The notes: generated from the sequence alone by a model not told the origin. A stretch of 63,296 nt of DNA, filler included, from Octopus bimaculoides (GCF_001194135.2; 6 parts of 4 records of this genome joined end to end with filler, not necessarily neighbours in it), one strand, 5' to 3'. Shown: positions 1 through 12,619, counted from the whole stretch's first letter. Translations and numbers: made by a program.

Positions 1-135
<135 letters not shown>

Positions 136-287
136 TATATATATGTATATATTTATCATCATCATCATCGTCGTTTAACATCTGCTTTCAATGCTGGCAT
201 AGGTTAGACGGTTTGACTGGGGGCTGGCAAGCCAGAAGGCTGTACCAGGCTCCAATATGTATGTATGTATATATTTATGTATGTATT

Positions 288-330
<43 letters not shown>

Positions 331-331
331 G

Positions 332-1245
332 TATTAGGTCATACCATAAATGATGTGGGTTTTTTTAATACTCCTTCTATTTTTCGAAACTAAAGTTCTT
401 TTTAAATCTAAAATATACTCTCATTCATTTTCTACAATGCTCTTCCATCTATCTGGTGGACTTGCAAAGCCCCTCTTCCAAAATTCATTTCTCTGTGATG
501 AAAGAAATTCCTCTAGTACTGTTTTGACCTTGTCTACAGAATTCATATTTTTTTCATCCAAATGATTTTGAAGACTGCAGAATAAATGATAACCAGATGG
601 GGCAATGTCTAGCAAATATGGTGGGTGTGGCATTGTTTCCCATTCAAAGTGCTCCAGTTTTTGGAATGTCATCCTTGCTGTATGTGGCCAAGCATTAGGC
701 TTGGAAAGCCTGTGAGGAACTCATTGACCCAATTTTGCTGACTTTTCCAATGGCATGCAGGTGTTGATGAATGGTTGAATGACCAAATCCAAGCTTTTCT
801 GCTAGTTCTTCCACAGTTACGATGGGATTTTGTTCCACCAAGGTTTGTAGGATGTCCTCATCAAGCTCTATAGATCTTCCAGGATGAGGTTCATCTTCTA
901 GACTGTAGTTTCCAGCTCAGAATTTCTGGAATCACCATTGACATTGGCTTATGTTTATCGTCCTCTCCCCATATACTGCATTAATATTCCTCACACTTTC
1001 TGTTGCATTGTTGCCTTTATTGAACTCATAAAGCAAAATATGCCCCTTTGTCACTTCCATTATAGCTTTGAAAAAATAACTGTTGAAATCGAACTGCACT
1101 CTTCAAAACTTACACTAAGAATAAGTACAAGATAAAATTATTATCCGCTTTTATAACAAATTGATGCAGATAGTTTATCCTGTCCCCCTCTGACTTTTAG
1201 TTCATACAATTGAAAAAACTGTATTATTTATGGTATGAACCTATA
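332..1245 (-). mobile_element. Degenerate, internally deleted mariner (DD34D-type) DNA transposon
   Basis: The minus-strand ORF 421-672 encodes PHPPYLLDIAPSGYHLFCSLQNHL...FWKRG...PDRWKSIVENE, matching the mariner C-terminal PHPPYSPDLAPSDY motif. The ends are imperfect inverted repeats (TTAGGTCATACCATAA at about 334; TTATGGTATGAACCTA at about 1228-1243) in TA context. Confidence 0.85.
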
Positions 1246-1559
1246 TATATATATATATATATATATGTATAAATTTAATTACAAGATATATTAACCTCAT
1301 TAAATTTAATTAGAGGATATGTTAACCTCATGAGTCTGCTAAAATGAATTCACAAGCACACATATAATATCCAGAGGTACATCTTTTTTCTTCTGATGAA
1401 ATTATACTCATGTCACAAATGTAAATTTAATGTTTATTGAGTATTAATTGAAACAGCTGTAAGTGAAGATGACCAATTTGCTGTTAATAATAAACAGCTA
1501 TTAACTTCCTAATCTCCATTTTCTTTTCTTCTTTTATATATTTACACACATACACACAC

Positions 1560-4500
1560 CATCATCACCATCATCATCATCATCGTCACCATCATCATCA
1601 TCATCACCATCATCACCATCATCATCATCATTTAATGTCTGTTGTCCATACTGGAATGAGTTGGATGGTGTGACCAGAGCTAAGCTGGCAAGCTGGGGAA
1701 CTGCACAAGACTCCAGTGTACTCTCGCTTGGTTTCTACGACTGGATGCCCTTCCTAACACCAACAGAATGTGCTGGGTGCTTTCTGCATGCCACTGCATG
1801 GGTACTTTTATGGGGCACTGCTCAAGTGCTTTTATGTGGCACCAATGGGTGCTTTTACCTGGCACTGCATGAGCCCTTTTATGTGACACCGCATGGGTGC
1901 TTTTATGTGCACCTCCACAAGTACTTTTTACGTGGTAATGGCATGGGACTCTTGCAGGTCAATCTCCTCCACCAGGGGGAGCAGTCTTAACACTTCTGCT
2001 GTGGAGCACAGGTCTTCTTGAGTACTGGAAAGGTTCAGCCTCCTGAGGTCATTCTTCAGTCCCATATCTTCCTGGGTTTCCCACTTACACATGCTCCATC
2101 CACTTTGAGATATCAGCACTTCTTCATGGAGCAGTCAGCATCCATCCACATCACATGACCAAACCAACACATCCTTCTCTCTTGCACACAGCATTAAATT
2201 TCTCTTATGCCCAACTTCTCTCTCAATACACTAGCCTTCTGTCAAGCATGTACACTTACAATACACATCTAACAGAGCATACTAGCTTCTTTCCTTTCTA
2301 ACCTTTGCATGTCCTCTACATTCAGGACCCATGTCTCACTAACCATGTAGAATTGTTGTCTGTATAGATGCACTATACAATCTTCTTTTCACTTAGAGAG
2401 AGAAACTTTTCATGGCCGACAGAGGTAACAACTCTCTGAATTTCCTCTTTTCTCTTCTTATTCTAGCTATCACCATCTCTGTGCATCCTCCTCCACTACT
2501 AATTTGGTCCCCCAAGTAGCAGAAATTTTCTCCTACCTCTAATGAGCCACCAGGGTATTTGAAAGAATCAATTTCCCGAGCGTCTGTAGTTTTTATGGAT
2601 CCTGTGCATCTTCCACATATGAACTCTACCTTTTCTGATGATAATCCTATTAATCCACTGCATCTCTTGTGTGTTCATAGCTTACACTGGGTACACTATA
2701 TGGAGTTCCTGCCTACACCTTTCCTACAAATCAAACAGGGCCACCTACCTGAGTGAAATAGGGTCCTGTCAGTTTTCTTGCTTACTAGGATCTTAGTCTT
2801 TGCTAAGTTAAGCTCAAGGCTCTTAGATTCTTCTAGCTCCGATATGGAATCTGCTATGAGAGCAAGATCATCCTAGGGGCTGCTGGTCTTGAATTCCTCT
2901 GTTATGGCCTGGAGGACAATGATGAAAAGGAGGGGACTAAGGACCAAGGACCAAGCCTTGATGAATCCCCACTTGTACACCAAATTCTTTGCTGTACTCA
3001 TGATCAACTCTCACCTTACTGACAGCATCCTTGTACATGGCCTGTACAGCTTTCACCAGCCACTCTTTTATCCCTAGCCTCTTCAGAGCCCATCACATCA
3101 CAGAGCAGGGTACTCTAACTAAGATTTTCTCTAGATCAATGAATGCCAAGTATTAATGGTCTATTCTTAGATAAGTACTTCTCTTGCAGTTGCTTGATTC
3201 TGAAAATAGTGTTAGTAGTGTTTCTTCCTCAGACAAAGCAAAACTGCATTTCATCTAGCCAAATCCTGCTCCTAATTAATTGGACTGCAACTCTCTCTCC
3301 GTAATTTTCATCACCCGGTCCAGGAGTTTGATGCTTCTAGCATCATCCTTACCTTTGTAGCATCTAACAATTATGATACTACTCTAGTCACTAGGTATTA
3401 CACCTCCCTTAATTATTAACTATGCAGGTGACTAGCCCATACCTGACCTTACTGGATATTTTGAGCACCTCAGCTGTAATTCTGGATTGATCAAGGGCTT
3501 TCCCAGTTTTCATAGTTTTAATTGCCTCATCTGCTGTACTGCAGTCAACTAGGATAGCTGGTCCCTATGAAGGATACTTTCTTTATCCCATTCATTCTCT
3601 ACATTCAACAGTCTCACAGAGTAACTTTTCCATGCCTCTTTCTTGTCCACATCACTAAATGCAAGTATACCATTATCCATCTGCGCACGCTTCTCTTTTA
3701 CAATATCTTGATTCTCACTGACACACTATCTAGCAATCCAGAACACTTCAAGTCTCTAATCTACATGCTGTAGGACTTTGGCAAACCTCTTCTTTTATGA
3801 GTCTATCCTAGCTAGATAAACCTGATGTCTAGTCTATCTTTTATCCTTTTGATATAATTCTTTGCTACCACCTTTCTTTTCAGACCCATCTCTTCTCTTT
3901 TATGGCCCTGTCAATGTCATTGTTCAACAACCATGTCACCCTTAGTCTGGCAGAGACTCTAACAAATTTGATCTGTTGCCCTTAGTAGATTGTCCCATAG
4001 GAACTTTCAGTTGTCCTCTGCATCATATGTCTCTATCTCTCCCTCCTTCTCATCAATGGCTTCATTAAGGACATCTCTAAATCACTGCCTATTTGAAAGA
4101 TCCTTGAGCTTCAACAGCCTCCTTTTCCATATTCGCTTGTATCTTTGGATCTTTCTGGCCCTAAGCCTGAAGACACTAACCACCAGCTTATTTATGCTGA
4201 GTTGTACATTCTTCCCCTAGGAAAGATTTTGTATCTACAAGCATATATCTATCCCTGTGTCTGGTGACGATGTCGTCAATATGACTGGTGTGTCCCCTAT
4301 ATTGATAAGTGATCAGATGGTTGACAGGTCTTCTGATATCGGTGTTGCAGACAAGGAAGCCTTGAGCATTGCAAAACTCTAGCAGCCTTGTCCCCTCCTC
4401 ATTTCTGGGGTCAAAGCTGTAGCCACCATGCACACCCTGAAATCCATTGGAGTGTTTTCCAAAATGTCCATTGAAGTCCTCTACCATGATGAGAATGTCG

Positions 4501-4560
4501 TCATCTTTCATCATCAAAGTGATCCCCAGAAGAGATTCATAGACGTGGTCCTTCTGAATA
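1560..4560 (-). mobile_element. Degenerate RTE-clade LINE (APE endonuclease + RT remnants, 3' UTR, (GAT)n tail)
   Basis: ORF 4188-4517 has APE motifs (DFNGH.G, RNEEGTRLLEFC, HLITY, SHIDDIV). The minus strand at about 2880-2980 gives an RT-like G.HQG..LSPLLF...DDL. A (CAT)n tail lies at 1560-1630. Many stops and frameshifts. Confidence 0.85.
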
Positions 4561-4978
4561 TTTGCGAGTCTGGCATGCAGTATTAGCTACACACAAGAGA
4601 GGAAGCATGTTAAAAAGACAGGTCGGTTCCTCTCCAATTTTTTGTAAATCCTTAAATATATCTCCTTCTGTATATATATATACTACCAAACAAACATGAT
4701 TTTTATTGAACTCATAATACTTTTTGTTGAATACTCTCTTGTAAACTGTTTTTAACATTTTTGTATTATTATTAGAAAATGTATATATGTATTTTAATAC
4801 TTTTGTGACAACCAGTACTTAAAACAACAAAGCTTATACAAAGATTTACATTTTACTTTTGACAATCTTTTTCTAAAAAAGTGAAACCGGTCAAGTCAAT
4901 AGACATCTTTAAAATTGCATTTTCAAACCTTCTTTCATATATATTTCCACTCGTGTGGTCCCTTACAACTTTACTTTG

Positions 4979-5020
<42 letters not shown>

Positions 5021-5375
5021 ATAGATAATATGGTATCACTACAATCGTTTCATTAAGAGATTTCATAGTATTGTAACATTGTACAGGAAGGTACATATGA
5101 AGTGCAACATGTATAAAATACTACAAAATACAAGAGAAACTCTCCCATCATCAGGTTGTACAGTAACCTGGCAAACTTGTTTTGCTCACTGAACAAAATG
5201 TTTGGTAGCATTTCTTTACGGTTCTGCTGAGGTCGACTTTGCCTTTCATCCCTTTCAGGGTTGATAAAATAACTACCAGTTGAACACTGGGGTCAATGTA
5301 ACCAATTGGTACCTCCACTCCAAAAGTTTCAGGCCTTAGTGGAAGGTCTTATTATCATCATGTTGGTGAATGTTA

Positions 5376-5575
5376 ACTTAATTAGCAAGGATTCTATCTT
5401 GAGTCTTGCTCACAAGTCTCCTCAAATTTGCAAGAACCTGAGCCTTTCTTAGGATTTTAACAGAAAATAGGATCGTACTCTTCTGCCGGTCAACAATGTC
5501 TGTTTTAATTCCAATCTCCTTCAGTCTTTTGGGTATCATTTTGGGTTTTGCATCAATTACTACAGGAATAATTGT
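5376..5575 (-). mobile_element. Dong/R4-like LINE 3'-end fragment
   Basis: The ORF tail IIPVVI..KPKMIPKRLKEIGIK..IVDRQKSTILFSVKILRK resembles the C-termini of the Dong/R4 fragments at 28835-31625. Confidence 0.6.
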
Positions 5576-5885
5576 TGTCTTAGCAGCAGCAACAGCAACA
5601 GCAGCAGCAGCAGCAGCAGTAGCAGTAGTAGTAGTAGTAGTAGTAGTAGTATACTCTTTTATAATTGACAGCTCATTGGGGTAACTATTATACTTATTCA
5701 CTGGAACTGTAAATTCAAGTCCATTTAGACAGACACAGCACATTTTCTCTTATATATAAAAAAAAAGAATTGTTGTCCTAGATACACTGTCCAAAAACCA
5801 AAAAAGAAACAAAAACAAAATTCAAAAGAAGAGAAACAAATCAAATATTTACATATTTATTTATAGTTTGAGTCATTAGTGTTAA

Positions 5886-6006
5886 TCAACAATTATCTAA
5901 TGCTAAGCAGAAGCGTTCTATCTCTAACTGTTCATTAAAAACTGCAATGAGTTCTTCATTATCATCATATTTTGGGTGTGTTTCTTTTGGGTGTGTTTCT
6001 TCAGGT
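5886..6006 (-). CDS. Candidate terminal coding exon of an unidentified gene (PEETHPKETHPKYDDNEELIAVFNEQLEIERFCLALDNC*)
   Basis: Acceptor-like TATTTCTTGTTTACAG at 6007-6022 (minus strand), then 39 open GAA-rich codons to TGA at 5886-5888, including a frame-preserving 15-bp duplication. No homology recognised. Confidence 0.3.
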
Positions 6007-6594
6007 CTGTAAACAAGAAATATGTTGATGTTCTTTGGTGATTAAGTTTTTAAAATAACATCTTTTAGATAATGTTTAAATAACGTGTTGTGCAATCAAG
6101 AACTTGTGTGCAAACGAGACAGTTGCTATGTGGTAACTTGGTTTACAAGAACTAGCAGCCAAATCTCCCTTAAATTATACCTGTTGATTTAAAAAAATGG
6201 AAGGACACATTGAATAATGTAGTCTTAAGTGAACTAAGTTTGAATAAAAGACACGTTAGTCATGGCTGGAATATCCCTGACCATAGGTCTGCTGGGCTAG
6301 AGTTGACTTTGGGCTAAAAATGATCAGGATCAAGGTCTTATGGATTGATCCATAAACCCTTATGCTTAGATAAAATTTCAAAGCCACCATTTTACATCTT
6401 ATATCTTTTCTTCTCCATATAAACCAAACATCAAATAGGATAAAAATAGATTAGTAATATGTCAAAACAATGAAATTTCTTTCTGATCTCAGAATAACAT
6501 TCATCATGATCTCAGCAGACTTTGTAGCCTTTGGGTTCAGACCATTTAGATATCACCATTCGTTGGATTTCTTCAAACTTTCATAATAATAATA

Positions 6595-6637
<43 letters not shown>

Positions 6638-6990
6638 TGATAATAATGATAATGATAATGATAAATAATAATAATGATAATAATAATTATAATAACTACC
6701 CTGTTACATTTCCAGTGACCATTTGTTAAAAAAGGGGAAAAAAAAATGTTTTTTCTTGGTTAACAACCTCCAACAATTCTTGAACAGAAGTCATTTGAAT
6801 ATTCTGTTTTTTTTTTTTTTTTAGTCACCAATGTTATATTCAATTTTTACTGGCTAAATGATTAAACAGGTTGGTCAGTAAAGTATATCACGGCCCATTG
6901 AGAATATATCAGCAGTACTTCTAATAGAAGCCTTTCAACCAGTTCCTTCAACTCTTGTACAGTTTCATTCTTCATTGCCATTAACAATGT

Positions 6991-8357
6991 TTAACTGTTT
7001 AGCATTTAAACCAACCATATCTGGCCCAAATATTCTATCTATTCTATCTTCAAACTGGCCAGATCCAGCCTCTCACACTTACCATACAATGTTATTTTAA
7101 AGCTAAACAACCATATCATAAAGATTTCAAAGCTGTAAGATAATTCATGATTAATTCAAAACAATATGGATAAATATGAATTCTATTTGGCAGAGTAACC
7201 TGAATGCTAAATGGTTATATTGAGGTTTATATTTTCAGAAGTCCCTTCTCTGATCACTTCATATTCCCAATTTTAATAGCAATTAGTGATGTATTAGAGT
7301 TTTGGTAATGAAATCTTTGGTGGAGGATATTAATAGTACAACATCATTCCTCGGTGAAACATTTCATAATTAATTAATTGATACCCCAATTTGTTCACTT
7401 TAAATAGTGGCAATTTATAAAAATATAAATCATTTCAAGAAACAATTAGTAGATTAGGAACAGTTATTGATAAATGCATAAAGAAGTATTAATTTAGAAA
7501 AAAAAAAAAAGGTAAAAACATTAATTTTAAACACCTAAGGCTAAATCTTAAGGTACATGTGGTATTACAATATATAGAATAATTTGCTCAGGAAAAACAG
7601 TTATGTCTGCTCTAATTTCTGAATTGATGTCAATTGGACACATTTTGACTGTGGTTGACTAATTTTAAAATCGTAAATAATATTTTGTAACAACCACTGA
7701 TTGTCATATCTCTAATGCTAAATGTATTTTTCTGTAATATATTAACCATTTAGCATTCAGATTAGTTTGTCAAGTGTAATATTTATTTATTCATATTACT
7801 TTGAATTAATCATGAATATTATCTTATTGCTCTGAGATTTCAATGATGTGATTGTTTAGTTTTAGAATGTCATTGTGGGGTAGGTGTGAAAAGCAAGATC
7901 TGGCCTGTTTGAACATAAAACAGGTAAAATATTTGGACTGGAAATGGCTGGTTTAAATTCTAAAGAGTTAAACCAGCCATATTCAGCCCAAATGTCCTGC
8001 CTGTTTTATGTTCAAACCATCCAGATCTGGCATCTTACACCTACCCTACAATGTCATTCAAAGGATAAACAATCACATCATCCAACTCTTGAAGCTATGT
8101 GATGATGTATGATTAATTGAAGACAATGTGAATTAGAAAGCATTATATTTGATAGAATAACCTGAATGCTAAAAGGTTAAATTGGCCTAAATACTTTACC
8201 TGTTTTATGCTGAAACTGGCCAGATTCAACCTATCATACTTACCCTACAATGCCATTCTAAAAATAAGCATCAGAATATTTAATCTTTGAGATAATGCAT
8301 GATTTATTCAAAGTAAAGATGACATTTGACAGAATAATCTGAATGCTAAAGGGTTGA
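6991..8357. mobile_element. Cluster of four piggyBac-like MITE copies (about 180-230 bp each)
   Basis: Related units at about 6991-7218, 7742-7971, 7968-8180 and 8177-8357. They end in CTGAATGCTAAA(G/A/T)GGTT(AA) or start with its reverse complement TTAACC.TTTAGCATTCAG, with TTAA junctions. Confidence 0.65.
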
Positions 8358-8919
8358 TACAACAAAACATATTCATCTCATAAAGCTGCTTTAATAAGAT
8401 TAACTCAGTAATGCTACTGGACATTGTAACCAGCATTATGGTTATTAATTATTTTGACTAACAAATGAAGAAATTGAAATTCAATGGTTTTCAACCATTT
8501 TTTATTTTTTTATTTAAGGACCCATTTATTTACTATTTTATTCTGGTTGACTCCCATATCCATTCAATGTTTAAAAACTAGTTTCATACAAATTTCTTTC
8601 AAACTTCCTATTTTATTTTTCACACATTAACTTGTGTTGAATGAACCTTGTAAAATGTTTGAGAAAGAAACCCTGCTATTTCTTGCCATAAATACATCTA
8701 AAGCAGTTTTTTCTGGGACCCTTAAAATACTATTGTGGATCCCCAATTTACTGTTTTGCTTGTGCACCCCCACCCCCTAAAAAACAATCTTTATATGGTC
8801 CTCAGTTGAGATCCATTGTTGTAATATATCAGACTTAATGAATATATTTTGATAACTTGTTTGATTCTTCACGAAGACATTTTCAGTTGAATCCAATTTT
8901 CTTTTTTTTTTTCTTCCAG

Positions 8920-9122
8920 ACAAATACTTTCCAGGTTGTTATTGCTTCCAGCGGTGATGACTCATTTGTTCTGTTCAATTACGATGATAAAATTGAATGG
9001 ATCAAAGGCGAAGGCAAGGGACCACATCCAGATCCACCTGTACAGATGGGATTTGACTCAGGAGCAGACCATTATCAACGATTGCCATATTCTGGATCAG
9101 ATGAAGCGGCTTACGTAGCAAA
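8920..9122 (+). CDS. Internal exon encoding part of a NIDO domain (nidogen-like protein)
   Basis: Strong polypyrimidine acceptor (T-run TTCTTCCAG ending 8919) and donor AA|GTATTT at 9123. It translates as TNTFQVVIASSGDDSFVLFNYDDKIEWIKGEGKGPHPDPPVQMGFDSGADHYQRLPYSGSDEAAYVA, with NIDO hallmarks NTFQ.V, F..F.Y, W, GF, L..SG. Nidogen versus another NIDO protein cannot be resolved from one exon. Confidence 0.85.
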
Positions 9123-9300
9123 GTATTTATTAGTTTTATTTAAGTCTTACTTGTTTCAGTCACTGGACTGTAGCCATGCTGGGCCACCACCTAGGAAGAT
9201 GTTTTAGTCAAATGAATCAATTCCATTGTTTTTATTTGCTTCCTATATCAAACTACTAAGTTCCAGGGATATAAACAAACCAACACCAGTTGTTAAGTGG

Positions 9301-9850
9301 GGGTGAGGGATAAATACAAACACACACACACACAAACACACACACACATACACGCACACACACACATATATATATATACATACATATAAATGTGTGTATA
9401 TCTATCTATATGTTGGTCTGTCTAACGCTAAAATATGTTGTTTGGCATATTTTATAAAAAAGGATTTTCATCAGAAGAATGTGAAGTAGTTACCTTGATT
9501 AATGCACCTTGTATACTATATGTGTAGGTACGTGTGTATATGTGTGTGCAGGTATGTATGTATGTATGTTTGCGTGTGTAAGTATGTATGTATGTATGTA
9601 TGTATGCATGTACATACGTATATGTTTCTTATGTATCTGTCTGTATGTATATATGTGAATATGTACGTATGCGTATGTATGTATGTATGTATGTATGTAT
9701 GTATGCATGTGTGTATATGTATATATATGTGTGTATTTATATTTATGTATATATCTGTGTATATGAGTGTTTGTTATGTAAGTATCCGTCTGTATGCATG
9801 CATTGTTTGTCTGCATGCATACACACACACACACACACACACACACATAT
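9301..9850. repeat. Compound (CA)n/(TA)n/(TATG)n microsatellite field
   Basis: Directly visible; source of spurious ORFs at 9499-9900. Confidence 0.9.
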
Positions 9851-10162
9851 GTAACATATTTATGTGCTAATAAATCAATATTTTCTACTGATGTTATCAA
9901 TATTTTTTTAGTTTTAAAATTTCATCAGTTATTCTCCCCTAGAAGATTGTTAATCTATAAACTTTTGGATAAAGCTTATAGATTTTAAGGACGTCAAAGT
10001 ATACTGAGAATTATCTTTTTCTTTTTATATAAGCATCTTTAGGTTTAATGAATCCTCCAAGCATATTCAGCTTGGTGTTCTCTGAGTAAAGATAGACTTC
10101 ACCCCTGGATCATTGAAAATCCACACTTCATCCAAAAGAAACCTATCAACTAAATTAAGAAA

Positions 10163-10512
10163 TTAGAAAATTACTATTTTTAGATCTCACAACATGAGAT
10201 ATTCAGCAACAGTACTTTGGAGTAAAGATTGTTTGCCAACATAACATGGCAGTCCTGGTTTAGGACGAATTTGGCAGCGCCACCTATCGCTGAACAATTA
10301 TTCTGTGCTGATGAAGGGAAATAACCCGGAAATCGTGATACACAGATATTGTTTTGAGCTGAGTGGGGGTGCTAGATTCCCTTGTTCGAAAATATAAGGA
10401 CACAGATCGTGTTGTATAGCCAGCTAGAGATGATGTTTCCTGGGGCTAAATTACAGCAACATTCGTCCTAAACCAGGACTGCCATGTTATGTTGGCAAAC
10501 AATCTTTACTCC
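10163..10512 (+). mobile_element. Short non-autonomous element with about 52-bp inverted repeats and an internal hammerhead ribozyme (Penelope-like/retrozyme-like candidate)
   Basis: GGAGTAAAGATTGTTTGCCAACATAACATGGCAGTCCTGGTTTAGGACGAAT (10219-10270) is the exact reverse complement of 10461-10512. A second copy at 53780-54058 shares the interior and the extra 10163-10218 flank. Confidence 0.8.
10293..10353 (+). ncRNA. Minimal type I hammerhead ribozyme motif
   Basis: Stem I TCTGTG (10302-10307) pairs with CACAGA (10341-10346) and extends to AACAAT/ATTGTT. Core CTGATGA at 10308-10314. Stem II A-GGG-AAATAA-CCC-G. GAAA at 10329-10332. Short, near-palindromic stem III ATCGTGAT. Cleavage triplet AUA, with the cut predicted after 10340. 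Confidence 0.8.
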
Positions 10513-12619
10513 TAGATTAAGAAATGTTCTTACACATAAACACCATTATGTTCTCATAAAACATTATAGTATTTATGAGTAAATTTTGTTCATAATTTGT
10601 AATTCTCTATTTGAATCAATCTTTTACATTTCCTCTCCTTTTGGTCCCTATTAGTAAATTAGATACATTCCCTCATTCTGCTACAACTTCTTTTCATTAC
10701 AATGCCGAATTGCTTTATCCTTTACATATTGTAACGAGCTCATTAGTATGTTGTTATATTTTAAGTAATTCACTTTCTGTAAAAAGTAAATGCATTTAAA
10801 TAAAGCGTATTTAGGAAACAGGATTTAATTACAACATACTGAGACTTAATTAATAATAGTTGACAATAAACAGGATATTGCAATAACTGGTTTGGCAATT
10901 AGTAGATAACAGCTTAATTAATTTCACATCTGTAAATACAATTATTTGCTGCGTAATGAGTATAATGAATGTACGAATTTGATTTAAACTTGTCTGTGTG
11001 AATGTTTGTCTGTGTAAAGATAGTATCTTTCATAGGGATTAAATGCAATTAAAGAGAATATTCAGAATCTTTTGAACATTTATTCTTGGCAAAGGTAAAT
11101 GGAAGAAGCGTCATGATTTTAAAAATTACAAAGTAATAAATCCTGGGATAATATGGGTTAAATCTGTGTCAGTGCAGTAATTGATATCCAGGTAATTAAT
11201 TAGTATCTAAGTAAGGCATGAACAAAGACAAAGTAAAAATTATTTCAAAAAACAAAACAAAACAAAATGGAAATAGTGAATAAAGTACAGACAATGTAAT
11301 TAATTCTGTGGAAGGAAAGAAAAGTTGACATTTCAGACAGTGGTCTTTCATCAAAACAGAAGGATGGAGAATAGAAAAGAAAAAAAATAATAAAAAGAAA
11401 GAAGAAAGAAAAACATTATGTCAGTTCAGATGAGTAATATACTTGAAGTCCATTAATTTTATAAATGAGTTGATTTTCGAGCAAAGAAGAATGAGCAGTG
11501 GTGAAAGAAATAAGTACAGCAAGCATGGAAGAAAAATGAAGTTTGTGTGAAGTAAGGGTGTGTGTGTATGTGTGAGTGTGTGAATGACATGCATATGTGA
11601 AATATACAAGCATAAATACACACATGCATGCATGCATGCGCACGCACACACACACACACACACATTGCTTATTGTTTTAATCACTGGACTGTGGCTATGC
11701 TGGAGCACTGTTCTGAAGGGTTTCATTGAATAAATTGACCCCAGTACTTACGTATTCTTTTTTGTCTGGTACTTATTCTATCAGTATCTTTTGTTGAACC
11801 ACCAAGTTATGTGGACATAAACAAACCGACTGCTGGTTGTCAAGTGGTGGCAAGGGACAAATGCAGACACAAAGGCATCACATGCTTCTTTCAGCTTCAG
11901 CCTACCAAATCTGCTCTCAAGGTTTCGTTTGGCCTGGGGCTATAGTAGAAAGCACTTGCCCAAGGTGACACAACCATACAACCATTAACGATGCTTATAC
12001 ATGTGTGTGTGTGTGGGTGTGTGGGTGTGTGTGTGAATTAACAAGGTTGTGTGTAAATGTTTGTCAATATAATTAATGAGTAAAGTAAATTGTTAGAGGG
12101 TAATGTGTGCCAAGTCTTCATAACATGGATGTGTTGGGTGTTGAAATTTGCTTGAAGTATGCTTATGTATATCTGTGTGAGCATGGTAAAGTCTCCCTAC
12201 AATCATGAATGATCATGGGACTGCACTTAGAAAATTCTCCTCCAAGGCACAAATCTGGGTCAGGTTGTTTTCATGGAAGACCAGTTGTCATCCATGCATA
12301 CCAGCCTCCCCACTTCACACCATTGATGTTATCCAAGAGAAAGACAAAGGGGCTGATACAGTTTGGCACCAGTGACGTTGCAACTCATTTCTACAGATGA
12401 GTGAATTGGAGGAGTGTGAAATAAAGTGTCTTGCTCAAGAACACAACACAGCCTGGTCTGGGAATTTAACTCACTGCCTCATTATTGTGAGCCTGACGCT
12501 CTAACCACTGAGCCATGTGCCTTCATAGAACTGATATTTATTTTATGTACTTAGTCTGAAAGATGGAGAGAAATATCTTGTGAAATTATATCAGTGCCAG
12601 GATTTTAGGTTTCATCATC

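Noticed and set aside
5035-5170. Minus-strand CTGATGA with a possible stem II and a distant GAAAC.ATTGTA
   Set aside because: About 85 nt of unpaired sequence separates the halves and stem I gives only 2 bp; at best a decayed relic.
5378-5743. 121-aa ORF with poly-Thr/poly-Ala
   Set aside because: A (CTA)/(CTG) microsatellite fused to a Dong LINE tail.
9499-9988. His/Thr/Tyr- and Cys/Val/Met-rich ORFs (also near 11416-11726, 17009-17221, 35783-36487, 39706-40260, 44767-45121, 47699-48861 and 61041-61565)
   Set aside because: Translations of CA/TA/TATG microsatellites.
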